Shown here: positions 1-12,205 of the stretch, piece after piece
Layout: each line of letters starts with the position of its first letter
How positions within the stretch are numbered: the stretch's first letter is position 1
From: Camelus ferus
Taxonomy: Eukaryota
DNA: 64,000 bases
NCBI RefSeq assembly: GCF_009834535.1
Contig: NC_045696.1
Coordinates: forward strand, 82,152,001 to 82,216,000
Direction: 5' to 3'
Made by a program: the position numbers and the translations under genes
The notes under the pieces: model-generated
What the model was told of the DNA's origin: nothing
Database searches by the model: none
Seen by the model: the letters and a program-made list of their open reading frames with translations, nothing else

Positions 1-13
1 CTTGGTAGTTTTT

Positions 14-117
14 TGGGTTTTTTTAAATTCTTTTAATGGAGGTACTGGGAATTCAACGCAGTACCTTGTGCATACTAAGTATGTGGTCCACCAACTGAAC
101 TATATACCCCACCCAGC
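14..117 (-). mobile_element. tRNA-derived SINE (camelid Vic-1-like)
   Basis: Reverse complement gives ggggtatatagttcagttggt...cttagtatgcacaaggtac...cccagtacctccattaaaa. TSD cttggtagttttt at 1-13 and 118-130. Confidence 0.8.
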
Positions 118-3100
118 CTTGGTAGTTTTTAAAATACACCTGTAAAATGGGAATAATGAGGCATATCTCAAAGGGTGTTGTAAGGATTAAAGGAAATCAT
201 GTGTGAAATATGCTTTACACTATACCTGGCCCAAAGGAAGGACCCAGTAAATAGTAGCTGTTGTTTTTACAGCAAACTCCTGCTTATTCTTAGGTGTTTG
301 ACACTTTACAGATTGTCTAAATAATTAAATATTCTGGCTCCTACATGTAAAACATGAGAAGTGTTTACCAAGTTTTAGATAGTTAAGTGACTGTCTCTTC
401 CACTAGACTCAGCTCTCTAGGTGTAGGACCCATGTATTATTCACTTTCATCCTCAGGGTCTGGCAGAGTGCAGCTCACAGTCTTTAAAAAAAGTCACATT
501 GAATATAACAAAATACACGGACAGTTGAAGGTCTGAGCATTGCTTTTATGATTATAAAACGTTTAGGACACTGGTCTATAAGCAATTTACATGAAGTGGG
601 TATGGTGTTTGTGTTTACCTTTCTTGGAGACCTCATTCAACAGACACTTATTAGGTACCTCCTGTAAGGAAGGGATTGTGGGCTGGGTGCCTCACCGGGG
701 AATAAGGCAGACACAGCTCCTATGCCCAGAGTTTGTGTTTAACAGGGGAGACACCTTTGCATGACTACTTACAAAATTACATAAGTATAAATGGAGGAGA
801 AGCACGGGACTGAGAGAGCAGACAAGGGGCACTGAGCCCTAGCCTAGGGGCCTCTTGAGAAGTCATGTGCAGGGTGACAGACAGAGCAGGAAAAGTTGAA
901 GCTGAGCAAAGAGAGTGAAAGAGGATAAAGGACTGGCTTTCTGGGCACTGAATACAGCCCAGCCAGGATCGTAAGGAGACAACATAAAATGTTGGAGGAA
1001 CCGAGAGAAGGATGGTTTGACTGGGTCTGGGGAGGGGGAACAGCAAATTGTGATCTGCAGTTGAAGTCAGCAGGGATCAGATCATGGCAAGCCACTGAAG
1101 GATTTAGAATTTCATTCTGAATGCATGAAAAGACCCCCCACCAAAAGCTGTGACTTCTAGAATTTGCTTCAAATGATTCAAGAATTTTGGAGAAAGTGGG
1201 TGGAGTATATATGAGACAAAGTTGATTATTGTTGAAACTGTGTGATGGGTACATGGAAGTTTATTAAGCTCTCTATTTTGTAAATATTTAAAATTTTCAA
1301 AAAAAAAAAAATCCCTCCAGCTACAGTGAAGAGAAAGAATTGAGAACAGATGTGAAGAGACCTGACTTGGCTATAGAACAGGTGAAAAAGAAGACAGTCT
1401 TGAACTAAGGCAGTAGCAGTAGAATTTGAGGGACGTGAATAGATTCTAGTGAAAATTAAAAACTTGAATAGATAGAATTTGGTGATTGATTATATGTAAG
1501 GGAGAGAAGGAGGGAGATATGAATGACTCTTTGTCTTCTGGTTTGAGCAGTTAGGTGGAGAAGCTCTCATGAGAATGTGTGGCCTGCAAAGGGAAGGTTC
1601 AGGTATAGTCTTAATACTTCCTCCCAACTCTATCTACCACCTCAAGCTTTAATGTAATTCAACAAACATGTGCTGCCTTCCTACCATGTGTTAGGCACTA
1701 TATTGGGAGATGTGGAGTAGGCTAAAGAGGAACATGCAGTTATAAATACAGGATACCATTAACTGAGTGTCTGTGATGGGAGAGGCATTTTGCATACATT
1801 ACCCATAATCCTCACAGCATCCCTGCAAAGTAGGTATTATTAGGCCCATTTTATAGATGAGGAAACTGAGGTCTGGAGAGCTTATGTAACTTGCCAAAAG
1901 TCACAGCAGGTGTGAGATGGAAGTCGAGTCAATTTTTTTGTGATCTTTCCAGTGTATGATACTGCCTCACAGGAGTGCTAAAAAGGCTGGTGAAGATGTT
2001 CCAAAGACAATTCTATCCATGTCACAGTTGTTTTTCTCGGACTTGTACAGTTTCATGATTCAAAGGGATTATAATGCTAATAGGCTGCCTGGAAACTAAT
2101 GTATGAAAATTTTGAGACAGGTCAAGCCAGATCATTGCCGCCATCATAAAAAACCACAATTATCTCTTAATCAAGTTAAACTGTCTTTTCCCAGATGGTA
2201 TCTTCAGCCCTTTGAATCCAATTACTGGAATAATGTTCCAGAGTTTTATGTGCTTCTTCCCTGCGGCACAGGACCATAATAGTTTCAAGACGAGCAGCAG
2301 ACAAGATACCTAGTACTTTCTCTTCCCTGCTGTGACTCCCGAGACTCCACAAAATGACTGTTTGTCAGCCATATGCCTGCATTTACTTACTGTTTTAGTC
2401 TAGGCAATTATTTAGGCAGTAAAATACCCAAACTAATCCAAAAGTTAAGTCTGTTTCCATGACATGAGATGAAGTGCCCTTTTGCCCCTTAACTTTTTTA
2501 ATTATGGAAAATTTTAAACATGCAAAAAATAGACTAGTATAATGACCCCCCCCCCATGTTCTTATCACCCAATTTCAACAATTATTAACTCATGGCTAAG
2601 CTTATTTCATCCATACCCACCCACTTCCTCCCACATATTTGCTCAGAAGCACATCCCAGATCCCGTATCACTTCATCCGTAAATATTTCAGTATGTGTCT
2701 TTAAGAGATAAGAACTCGTTGGGGGCCGAGTGTTTTGTCAAGCATTTCCTGAGACTGGTTTGTGGGAACATTTACCAAGAAATGGCTCAGATGTCTTTCA
2801 GAAAGCCGCACTGGGAGAGGTGGGAGGTGAGGTCAGAGACCCGGGCGCCGGTGGGTGGTGAGCCCTGGGGGAGTATGTGAGTGGTCCAGGCGGCCCGGCG
2901 CCAACCAGGGAGTCGGGCCCACACTTTGTGAAAACCACCATGTCAAATGTTGGCCCATACTCCTTCTTGTTAGCTCTCTCCTTTCTTGGTGAATTTATCA
3001 ATGTTTCTTCCCATGAGTCAGATAGTGTATTAGTGGCCCCAGTGGTGGAAACTCGGCAGAGGTGACAACGTGGTGGCTGCCTCTTGAAACGCCTGCCTCA

Positions 3101-3389
3101 TTGAGCTGTGACCTTTCATGATGGCCAGCTCACTTTAACTGGACCAGTAAGCAGACTGTCCAGGAAAGCTGACTGTAAACTCCTCGAGGGTCTGGATACA
3201 TAGTTTTCTCCCCACAATGCCCGGCAGAATGTTTAGCACAGAGTAGGCGCACAGAACGTGACTGCTGAATACAAGGGAGGGAGAGAGGAAGGCCTGACCA
3301 GCTAACTGAGAGAAGGCCAGAGCTTTAGAAATGGTTAAAGCTGACAATAAGCAAAGCAGCAATGAGAGGGAAAAAAATCTACGGAGAGT

Positions 3390-3785
3390 GTGGTGGACAG
3401 AATGATGGCCCATCAAAGACGTCCACGGTCCCATCCCAGCACCTAGGCACGCGCTGCCCTACTCGGCAAGAGGGCTGCGGAGACGCGGAAACGTCAAGAA
3501 TCTCGAGGTGGGGAGATCATCTTGGATTATCGGGTGGGCCCAGTGGAATCACCACGGTCCTTAAAATGAAAGGAGGCAAGACAGTCAGAGAGGGAGATGT
3601 GACGACAGAAGCAAAAGTCACAGCCAGGCGAGTGCCGCTTTGACGGCAGAGCTGTACCCATAGGAGCCTCTAGACGCTGGAAAAGGCAAGAAGACAGGTT
3701 CTCCCCCAGAACCTTCAGCGAACAGCTCTGCTGACACCTTGATCTTAGCCCCCATTTCAGACTTCTGACCTCCAGAACTGTAGCA
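3390..3785 (+). mobile_element. MaLR LTR (MLT1D-like)
   Basis: tgtggtggacagaatgatggcc...ggattatc.gggtgggccc...gctggaaaaggcaag...gacttctgacctccagaactgta. Confidence 0.75.
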
Positions 3786-4453
3786 TGTTTGAATATGTTC
3801 CTAAGGCAATTCTCTTGTCTTTAAAAATATATTGTGATTCTGCCCCTTTTCGGGTCTCCACACTGTCCCCTAACGCACACCACCCGGCCCGGCTCTGTCA
3901 CAGCCTCCTGACTGCGGTCCCCTCTCCATGCAGCAGCCTGGGCAGGGGATCGGCGGGGGTGCCTTCCATCCGAGGAGACTCCCATCTGCATCGGGTGTAT
4001 AGAGCCCTTCACCGGCCTCTCCCACCTCACCCATTCCATGCTCTCCTCACTCACGATGCCCCATTCTGAGCAGGCAAAGCCTCTTCCTGCCTGCAGGCCT
4101 GCACACTGCTGGGCCCCTGCCTGGAGCCATTCCCCAGGGTCCTTGCGTGCCTGGACCCTTCTTCTCGGTTAGGCATCTATTTAAATGTCGCCTCCTCTGA
4201 GAGTCCTTCCCTAAGCTTGATCCAAAGTACTGGCCTTGCCCTCCCCTTGCTCTCTGTGCCATTTGAATTTCCTCAAGAACACATGGCTCTCTAAAATTAC
4301 CATTTGTACGCTTGTTTATTGCCTACTTCACTTCACTGAAAAAATAGGCTTCTAAGAGCCTGGAGGCCTTCTCTGTCCTGTACTAGCTGTATCCGCAGTT
4401 CTTGGAATAGCCTGCCTTGTTTGCATTTATCAGTGATTTATATTTGCTGAACA

Positions 4454-4487
4454 ATGGATAGATGGATGGATAGATGGATGGATGGAT
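4454..4487. repeat. (GGAT/AGAT)n microsatellite
   Basis: Read directly; a second (GGAT)n lies at ~59528-59550. Confidence 0.85.
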
Positions 4488-5023
4488 TATTGGCTAGTAG
4501 GGTGGGAGCTGGACTAGAGATTAAGATCCTCACATCACTGGGCAGCCTTTGAGAGTACCTGATGAGCAAGGAATTGACCCATACAGTACCTGGGTGGACA
4601 CTGGTGTCAGGGATATTGCTGCCTGCGTCCCTGCCAATGCCGTTCACCTCACCTTCCAGTCCTACCCACCAGGTGTCTCGTGTCACCTTCCTGTAAAGAG
4701 AAGAGATGTTTCATGAAACAGAGTCTGTTGATGACAATTGATGGAACCAGAGAGCAGGAGGCTCCAAGGGGCAGAGCAGTGACAGCTGGAATCAGGCAGA
4801 AGGGAGGCCGGGTGGAGACAAGGTGCCAGGAGGGCAATGATGAGGCAGCAACTCTGGCGGGAAGGGAGACAGATGCACAGCAAGGAAGGGCCTATAGCAG
4901 GGGTGGTCCCTGAGCACGGGTGAGGGGGCAGGGAGCATGCTAGGCTCACAGAAGGGCTACTGTGGCTACTGGGGAGCATTTGTGACCTACCTTAGAAGTC
5001 CCTGAGCAAAAAGGAGGGCCTTA

Positions 5024-5298
5024 ACAGAAATAGACTCACAGACAGAGAATACAGACTTGTGGTTACCAGAGGGGTGGAGGGTGGGAAGGGATAGACTGGG
5101 ATTTCAAAATTGTAGAATAGACTACACTGTATAGCACAGGGAAATATACACAAAATGTTATGATAACTCACAGAGAAAAAAATGTGACAATGAGTGTGTA
5201 TATGTCCATGAATAACTGAAAAATTGTGCTGAACACTGGAATTTGACACAACATTGTAAAATGATTATAAATCAATAAAAAATGTTAAAAAAAAAAAA
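5024..5298 (+). mobile_element. Young, severely 5'-truncated L1 3' UTR with poly(A)
   Basis: Nearly identical to ~11718-11980. Perfect TSD aaaaaggagggcctta at 5008-5023 and 5299-5314. Confidence 0.95.
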
Positions 5299-7546
5299 AA
5301 AAAGGAGGGCCTTAGGGTTGGGCTCCAGGTAGTTTTGGCACTTGAGTCTGCGCCAGACCACTTTGTTTCTCCCAGTCTCACTATTATTGTGATTTGGCGC
5401 TGGAATGAGGAATGGGGTAGAAGCGGGAGTCCAAAAGCCAAGCATGTGGTGGAGCTGACTGTCACATCAGAAGTCTAGTCTGCTTCTCAGCTCTGAGTTG
5501 CTGAGGTGGATGCTGTGGGTTTGAGAGCTAGGACTTTTTAATCAGGAGGGTTGAGATCTCCCATTGCTCAGAGGAGAGGGTGACTCAAAAGCAACAAATC
5601 CTTCCACGTGGGACATGTCATGGCCAGCTTGTTTTCCATCTAAACACCCAAAGTCTTAAAGGTGATCATGTGGTGTTTTCCCCCCTCTAATAGACAGGAA
5701 ATTACTATTTCAGAGCAAGAGACCCACCTCTTTGAATCTCCTGGTTCTTCAAAGCAGCAATTAAAGACAGCGGCTTGGGACAGCACCAGTTCAGCCCAAG
5801 TCGCCTCCAGGATGCTTGCTGGCGGCAGCCCTGGAGGAATCATCTCTGGCTTGCAAGAAACCAGTTTACCTGAGGTCTGAGCTACTCTCCAAAATCGCAT
5901 GCAGGCAGCTAGTGCAGGCCAGCTCGCTCAGGAATCCTGCAGCTAGGTGGCTCTTCGAACATTTTTCCTGTCTTTTGGAGATGGCTCATAGCTGGTGCTC
6001 TCAGACCTCTGCCTGAGTTGAGCGGCAGGCCCTGTGGGTAATCAGTCATTTCTTCATTAATTGGGCACTTCCTTTGTGCTCAGTACTGTGCTGGCTGGTT
6101 TGGGTAGAAATACAGTGAAAAAAGCATTAGGATGGGAGTTGGGAGACCGGGGTTCTATCCCTCTGGCTCCACCATTAGCTAGTAGCATGACTTTTGCAAA
6201 GTCATTTAATCTGTCTGTGCAAATGTTTCCTCATGTGTAAAATGAGAGAAGTAGACTCTGTATCTTTAATATCTCCTCCATTTCTATAATTTTAGATTCT
6301 GAGAAGTAGAAAAATCATATCTAGAGATTTGAATTGAATATCCACTAAGTGCAAGATATGGTGAAAATGTTAATTCCCCAAATCCCTTGGTTAAAACATT
6401 AGGGAATATGATTTTGAGTTTATAACATAAATGAGACTTCCAAATTATGCGACTTAATTAACAAAATGTTCTACCCAGAAGAGACCTGACATAGGTGTTG
6501 GTTAGGTGTTGGTCAAGCAGAGGGCTGAGAGTCCCCACAGCTCTCCTGCCTATGTCTCGGAAGTTGTATCTCATGCATGACTCAGGCTTAGATCTCTGGA
6601 TTCACTTAAGCAACAACCGACTCAAGTTGAGTTAAGCAAGAAGGTGAAGTACTTTGGCACATGACACTGAAATGGCAAAGGATGGGCAGGGTCTGGCACA
6701 GGTTGATCCAGGAATTCAGTTCTGTCCCCAGGAGTTGGCTTCTCTCCATCTCTTGTCTGCTCATCTCCACTTGTCCTCATTCTTGGGCTCCATGTGGTGG
6801 CGAGATGGCTGCCAGGAGCTCCAGGCCCCTGCTGACCCACACTGGCACACAGGTCCTGGAATTCACCGTGATTAGACTAAGTTGGGAATGACTTACAATA
6901 AGAAGTGATGTCTGAGCTGGAACTTAAAGTGTGAGAACTTGTGAGTTGTTGGTGGGACAGAGGAAATAGCCCAGGCAGGGAGAAGAAAATATGAAAGCTT
7001 GGTGTGTTTAGGGAAATCCAAAACTCCAACTCATCAGAAGCACGTGTGGTAGGCTCTGGGGGAAGTGAGTAGTGACGTGGCGAATTTTTATCCAGAATTT
7101 TAGACAGTGCCCGTATCCAGCTCCACTGTTTTGGCAAAAAACGTTCCTTCTAATCTACCTACTTCACTTGAATTCTTTTTATGGGTTGAAAATGTCACTG
7201 AATAAACTGCAAAAGCTTGACTGAGTAAGACTACCAACCCTAGAGTTATCAAGTTATATTAAGTTTTAGGACAAGTAGCCAATGAGTTCATATTTCCAGT
7301 CCAAGCCCTTGGTCCGTTTAGAAAGGGAGAGTGTCAGTGGACGTTTCCACCCTGTTGGGAGGGAGTCATTGGAGGACCTGGGGGTGATGTTCACCTTTAA
7401 ACCTACTGAGGCCTGGATTATTTTTCTGTCTTGGCTTTGGCTCCCCAGGAAGCAGGCCTTGAGATAAGGATTTGAGTACATGTAGATTATTGGGCAGTGA
7501 CCTCAGGAAATATCAACTGAGGAATAGGAGAGTGAGACAAAGAAAA

Positions 7547-8017
7547 TGTTTTGGGTTGAATTTTCTCCCCCCAAAATCTATAGGTTGAAGTCCCAACCCC
7601 CAGTACCTCAAAATGTGACTGCATTTGGGAATAGGATATTACACATGTCATGACTTAGGTTAGGATGAGGTCATATGCGGCAGAGTGGGCCCTCGTCCAA
7701 CATAACTCATGTCTTTATCAAAAGGGGAAATGTGGACACAGACATGCACACAGGTAGAACACCACGTGAGCATGAAGGCGGAGATTAGAGTGATATTTCT
7801 ACAAACCAAGGACACCAAGGATCACCAGCAAACCACCAGAATCTAGGTTAAAGGGATGGAACAGATTTTTTTTTTCATAGCATTCAGAAGGAACCAACAC
7901 AGCTGACATCTTGATCTTGGACTTCTAGCCTCCAGAACTGTGAGACACTACATTTCTGCTGTTTAAGCCATCCAGTCTGGGGGGACTTTATTACGGCAGT
8001 CCCAGCAGACCAATACA
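7547..8017 (+). mobile_element. MaLR LTR (MLT1B/C-like)
   Basis: tgttttgggttgaatt...gttgaagtcccaacccccagtacctca...cttctagcctccagaactgtgaga...ccaataca. Confidence 0.8.
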
Positions 8018-8080
8018 GAAGGGAAGGTGCCAATAAAGGATGTTACCAAGCAAGTTACCAGTGTGACAAATGTACATTAA

Positions 8081-8222
8081 AAAACTTTTTCTTCAGGGGG
8101 GAGGTAATTAGATTTGTTCGTTTGTTTGTTTGTTTAGAGGAGGTACTGGGGATTGTTTGTTTAGAAGAGGACCTCATGCATGCTAAGCATGCGCTCTACT
8201 ATTTGAGCTACACCCTCCCCTC
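8081..8222 (-). mobile_element. tRNA-derived SINE (Vic-1-like) with disrupted B box
   Basis: ggggagggtgtagctcaa..gtagagcgcatgcttagcatgcatgaggtcct on the minus strand. Degenerate TSD at 8064-8080 and 8223-8239. Confidence 0.85.
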
Positions 8223-8299
8223 TGACAAACATATATTAATCCCAAATGGAGAAAGAACTCTGCAGACAGTGTAGAACATGCACCTCAAAATTATCCTGA

Positions 8300-9510
8300 C
8301 AGATACAACTCAACAATAAAAGGACAACCCAATTTAAAAACAGGCAAGGATAGATATTTCTCCCCAAAATACATGCAAATGGCCAATAAGTACAAGAAAC
8401 GATGTTTAACATCTGTCTTAGTCTGTCCCAGCTGCTATGACAGAATACCATAGAACAAATGGCTTAAACAGACATTAATTTCTCACAGCTCTATAGGCTG
8501 GAAGTCCAAGATCAAGGTGCCAGCGTGGTCGGGTTTTTGAAGGCCCTCTTACTGTTTTGCAAATGACTGTCTTCCTGTATCTCACGTGGAGGAGAGAGAG
8601 GGGGCTAACTCTCTTCCCCTATTCTAATAAGGACATTAATCTCAACATGGAGCTCCACCTCCATGACCCAATTACCTCCCGAAGTCCCAGCCTCCAAATA
8701 CCATCATATTAAGGCTTCAGCATGCGGACTTGGAGGAACACATTCAGTCCACAGCAAACATCATTAATCATTAGGGAAACGCAAATCAAAACTGCAGTGA
8801 GGTACCTCTTCACGCCCACTGGGACGGCCAGTAATAAAAAAGATGGACAACAGTAAGTGTTAGTGGGGATTTGGAGGAATTGGAACTGGCATACATTGCT
8901 GGTGAAAATTTTGGTGCAGCTGCTTTGGAAAACAATTTTCCAGTTCCTCAAAAAGTTAAACAGTTATCATATGACCCAGCAATTCCACTCCTAGGTGCAT
9001 ATCCAAGAGAAATAAAAACATATGTCCATACAGAAGTGTATGTGAATGCTCGTAACAGCATTATTCAGTCTAGCCAAAAGTGACAACAACCCGAATGTCC
9101 ATCAACTGATGAATGGATAAACAAAGTGTGGTACATCCACAGAATTTATGCAGCAATAAAAAATAATAAAGTACTGATACATGTGACAACATGATTAAAT
9201 CTTGAAAACATATTAAGTGAAAGAAGCCAGGCACAAAAGGCTACACTTTGTATGATTCTGTTTATATGAAATTTCCCTAAAGACAAATCCATAGAGACAA
9301 AAAGCAGATTAGTGGTTGCTAGGGGCTGGAGAAAGGCTGGAATGGGTGTGGCTGCTGATCGGTACAGGGTTTCTTTTTGGAGTGATAAAAATGTTCTGGG
9401 ATTAAATAGAAGGGATGGTTGCACAACTATACAAATATACTAAAAACTGCCAAATTGTGCACTTTAAAAGTGTGAATTTTATAGTGTATAAATTATATCT
9501 CAATAAAAAA
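8300..9510 (+). mobile_element. Old L1 (L1MB-like) ORF2 end and 3' UTR, interrupted by an MLT1A-like LTR
   Basis: Decayed ORF2 motifs (YDPAIPLLGAYPREIKTY); ends ctcaataaaaaa. Boundaries approximate. Confidence 0.8.
8414..8756 (-). mobile_element. MaLR LTR (MLT1A-like) nested in the L1
   Basis: tgtcttagtc...ggctggaagtccaagatcaaggtgccagc...cattcagtccacagca; aacatc on both sides. Confidence 0.8.
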
Positions 9511-10899
9511 ATAAGAGATAAGATGTTTAAAAATACTGTCCTGCCTGAGGGAGGAGGGAGCTGGAATATTTATCTACCATCTCCTAGCAGGCGTCTGTTG
9601 AAGGCTGCTCCTGGGGATGTTTTAATTCCCTGGAACTTGTGGCTTGATTCATATGTTGCCTCCAGGAGCCAGAGAGAGCCTGTGCAAGAATTGGCATTTG
9701 GAAGTTGGGCCTAGATATTTTCAGGAACTATCCATTCCAAAAGTGTGGAAAGTTCCCTATGGGCTCACGGGCCAATGCTGCTTGCCTTCTGGGGTTTTAC
9801 AATATCGACTTCTTACTGCTCTGTCCTCACACAAGTCATAAGTAGTCCTTCAACTTGGAAAATGAAGCAGTCGTATAGTGAGGGCTTTCCACAAAGTGTT
9901 TATGATTTAATTCATTTTGAGATGATCCACAGTTGTTTTAGCTGCAAGCAGTGGAAATCAACCCTGGTTAGGATGGCTCTGATAAAAAAAGATGGCCAAT
10001 AACAAGTGTTAAGAAGGATGTGGCAAATTGTAACCTTCATTTACTGCTGGAAGAAGAAGAAGAATTTATTGTTAAAGTCTGAGTGGCTCAGACTTCCTGG
10101 AAAAGCTGGAGAATCAGGCTCAGACAGTGGGCTGCAGCCAGAGAAGCCACGCATCAAGAGTCAGAGCCAAAGTCACAGTGCTTTTGTTTCCAAGGCCTGC
10201 ACTTTCAGCAGGACAAGTCTGAAAGAGTTAAGATCTCACACTAGATGAAGGCAGGACTAGACAGGATTTTGAGTCCAGGGCTACTTGAATCCAAAGTCCT
10301 CCATTCTTCCTTCTGCAAGTTTGCCATTTCTTCATAAGTAACGTGGACATGTGACAGCAGAAGGGTAACCATGAGTGATGATGCCACCAGGGACTTGGAC
10401 AGATGCAATTTAAATGGCATTGTTAACACATGCTGCCATAATCTGCAATCATCCCCGCGTCTCAAACACCGGATCGCCGACGTTGCCCGGCAGCCACGTC
10501 TGCCGGGTGCAGCCGGTCCAGGCTGAGCGGGTCATTCGCTTACACCCCGGGGACCACCTCCTCAGAGCTCTTGCTCCTCCTCCTTTCTGTGTAAACCTCC
10601 AGCTTGGGTTTTCTGGTCCTAGTCTGTCTGCTTCCATTTCTAAAGCCCCTCCTTCATCCTTTCTGTTTGTTTGTTCATTTTTAAACCACAGGACTCTGTG
10701 TGTCATCAAACTCTCCTTATTTTCAGTCATGTTTGTCAAAGGCCTTTAAATGCAAAGCTGCTCTGGAAGAGACCTTCACACTTTCTGGTCTCTGGACTCC
10801 TTAAATACTCTGTTAACAATCACGGAGGATGCTAAAAAGTGTCTGTTTTTGTGGATTATTTCTGTCAATATTTTACTGCATTAGAAATTAAAAAAACTG

Positions 10900-11986
10900 G
10901 CACAGCAAAGGAAACCAGAAATAAAACAAGAAGAAAACCTACGGAATGGGAGAAAATTTTTGCAAGTGAAACCGACAAAGGCTTGATCTCCAGAATATAT
11001 AAGCAGCTCAGCTCATACGACTCAATAAGAAAAAAATAAACAACCCAATCCAAAAATGGGCAGAAGACCTAAACAAGCAATTCTCCAAGGAAGACATACA
11101 AATGATCAAAAAGCACATGAAAAAATGCTCAGTATCACTAATTATCAGAGAAATGCAAATCAAAACTACAATGAGGTATCACCTCACACCAGTCAGGATG
11201 GCCGTCATTCAAAAATCCACAAATGACAAATGCTGGAGAGGCTGTGGAGAAAGGGGAACCCTCCTACACTGCTGGTGGGAATGCAGTTTGGTGCAGCCAC
11301 TATGGAAAACAGTGTGGAGATTCCTCAAAAGACTAGGAATAGACTTACCATATGACCCAGGAATCCCACTCCTGGGCTTGTATCCAGAAGGAAATCTACT
11401 TCAGGATGACACCTGCACCCCAATGTTCATAGCAGCACTATTTACAATAGCCAAAACATGGGAAACAGCCTAAATGTCCATCAACAGGTGACTGGATAAA
11501 GAAGATGTGGTATATTTATACAATGGAATACTACTCAGCCATAAAAACCGACAACATAATGCCATTTGCAGCAACATGGATGCTCCTGGAGAATGTCATT
11601 CTAAGTGAAGTAAGCCAGAAAGAGAAAGAAAAATACCATATGAGATCGCTCATATGTGGAATCTAAAAAACAAAAACAAAAACAAACAAACAAACAAAAA
11701 CAAAGCGTAAATAAAGGACAGAAATAGACTCACAGACAGAGAATACAGACTTGTGGTTACCAGGGGGGTGGAGGGTGGGAAGGGATAGACTGGGATTTCA
11801 AAATTGTAGAATAGACTACACTGTATAGCACAGGGAAATATACACAAAATGTTATGATAACTCACAGAGAAAAAAATGTGACAATGAGTGTGTATATGTC
11901 CATGAATAACTGAAAAATTGTGCTGAACACTGGAATTTGACACAACATTGTAAAATGATTATAAATCAATAAAAAATGTTAAAAAA
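10900..11986 (+). mobile_element. Young 5'-truncated L1 (ORF2 C-terminus, 3' UTR, A-tail), camelid-type
   Basis: ORF 11102..11473 is the ORF2p C-terminus ([19 protein letters not shown]...[18 protein letters not shown]). Frameshift near 11461. Perfect 17-bp TSD agaaattaaaaaaactg at 10883-10899 and 11987-12003. Confidence 0.95.
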
Positions 11987-12003
11987 AGAAATTAAAAAAA
12001 CTG

Positions 12004-12205
12004 AAATTAAAAATAGTTATTTATTAATTACTTTAAAAACAACAATGAAAGATTAAAGTTAACATATGTGTTTTTATGAAAAAAGTATTCTTCAAAACAA
12101 AAAATAGGTGAGAAGAGTGGCACTATTTTAACATTTTAAACAAATCTCTTGAATGTCTGGCTTAATAGAAAAAAGCTAGGTTCTCATACCTGCCTCTGCA
12201 TTTTG
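12004..12205. mobile_element. hAT-Charlie1-like fragment (left part ~10840-10899, split by the young L1)
   Basis: gtgagaagagtggcac...aaatctctt.aatgtctggcttaatagaa...ttctcata.ctgc.tctgcatt resembles Charlie1. Confidence 0.55.

Noticed and set aside
4992..5249. Two ORFs with identical N-termini (4992..5249 and 11650..11943, minus strand) suggesting a duplicated small gene
   Set aside because: Both are antisense readings of the same L1 3' UTR and start at non-ATG codons.
11102..11473. 123-aa ORF as an independent gene
   Set aside because: C-terminal fragment of L1 ORF2p in a 5'-truncated, frameshifted element with no promoter.
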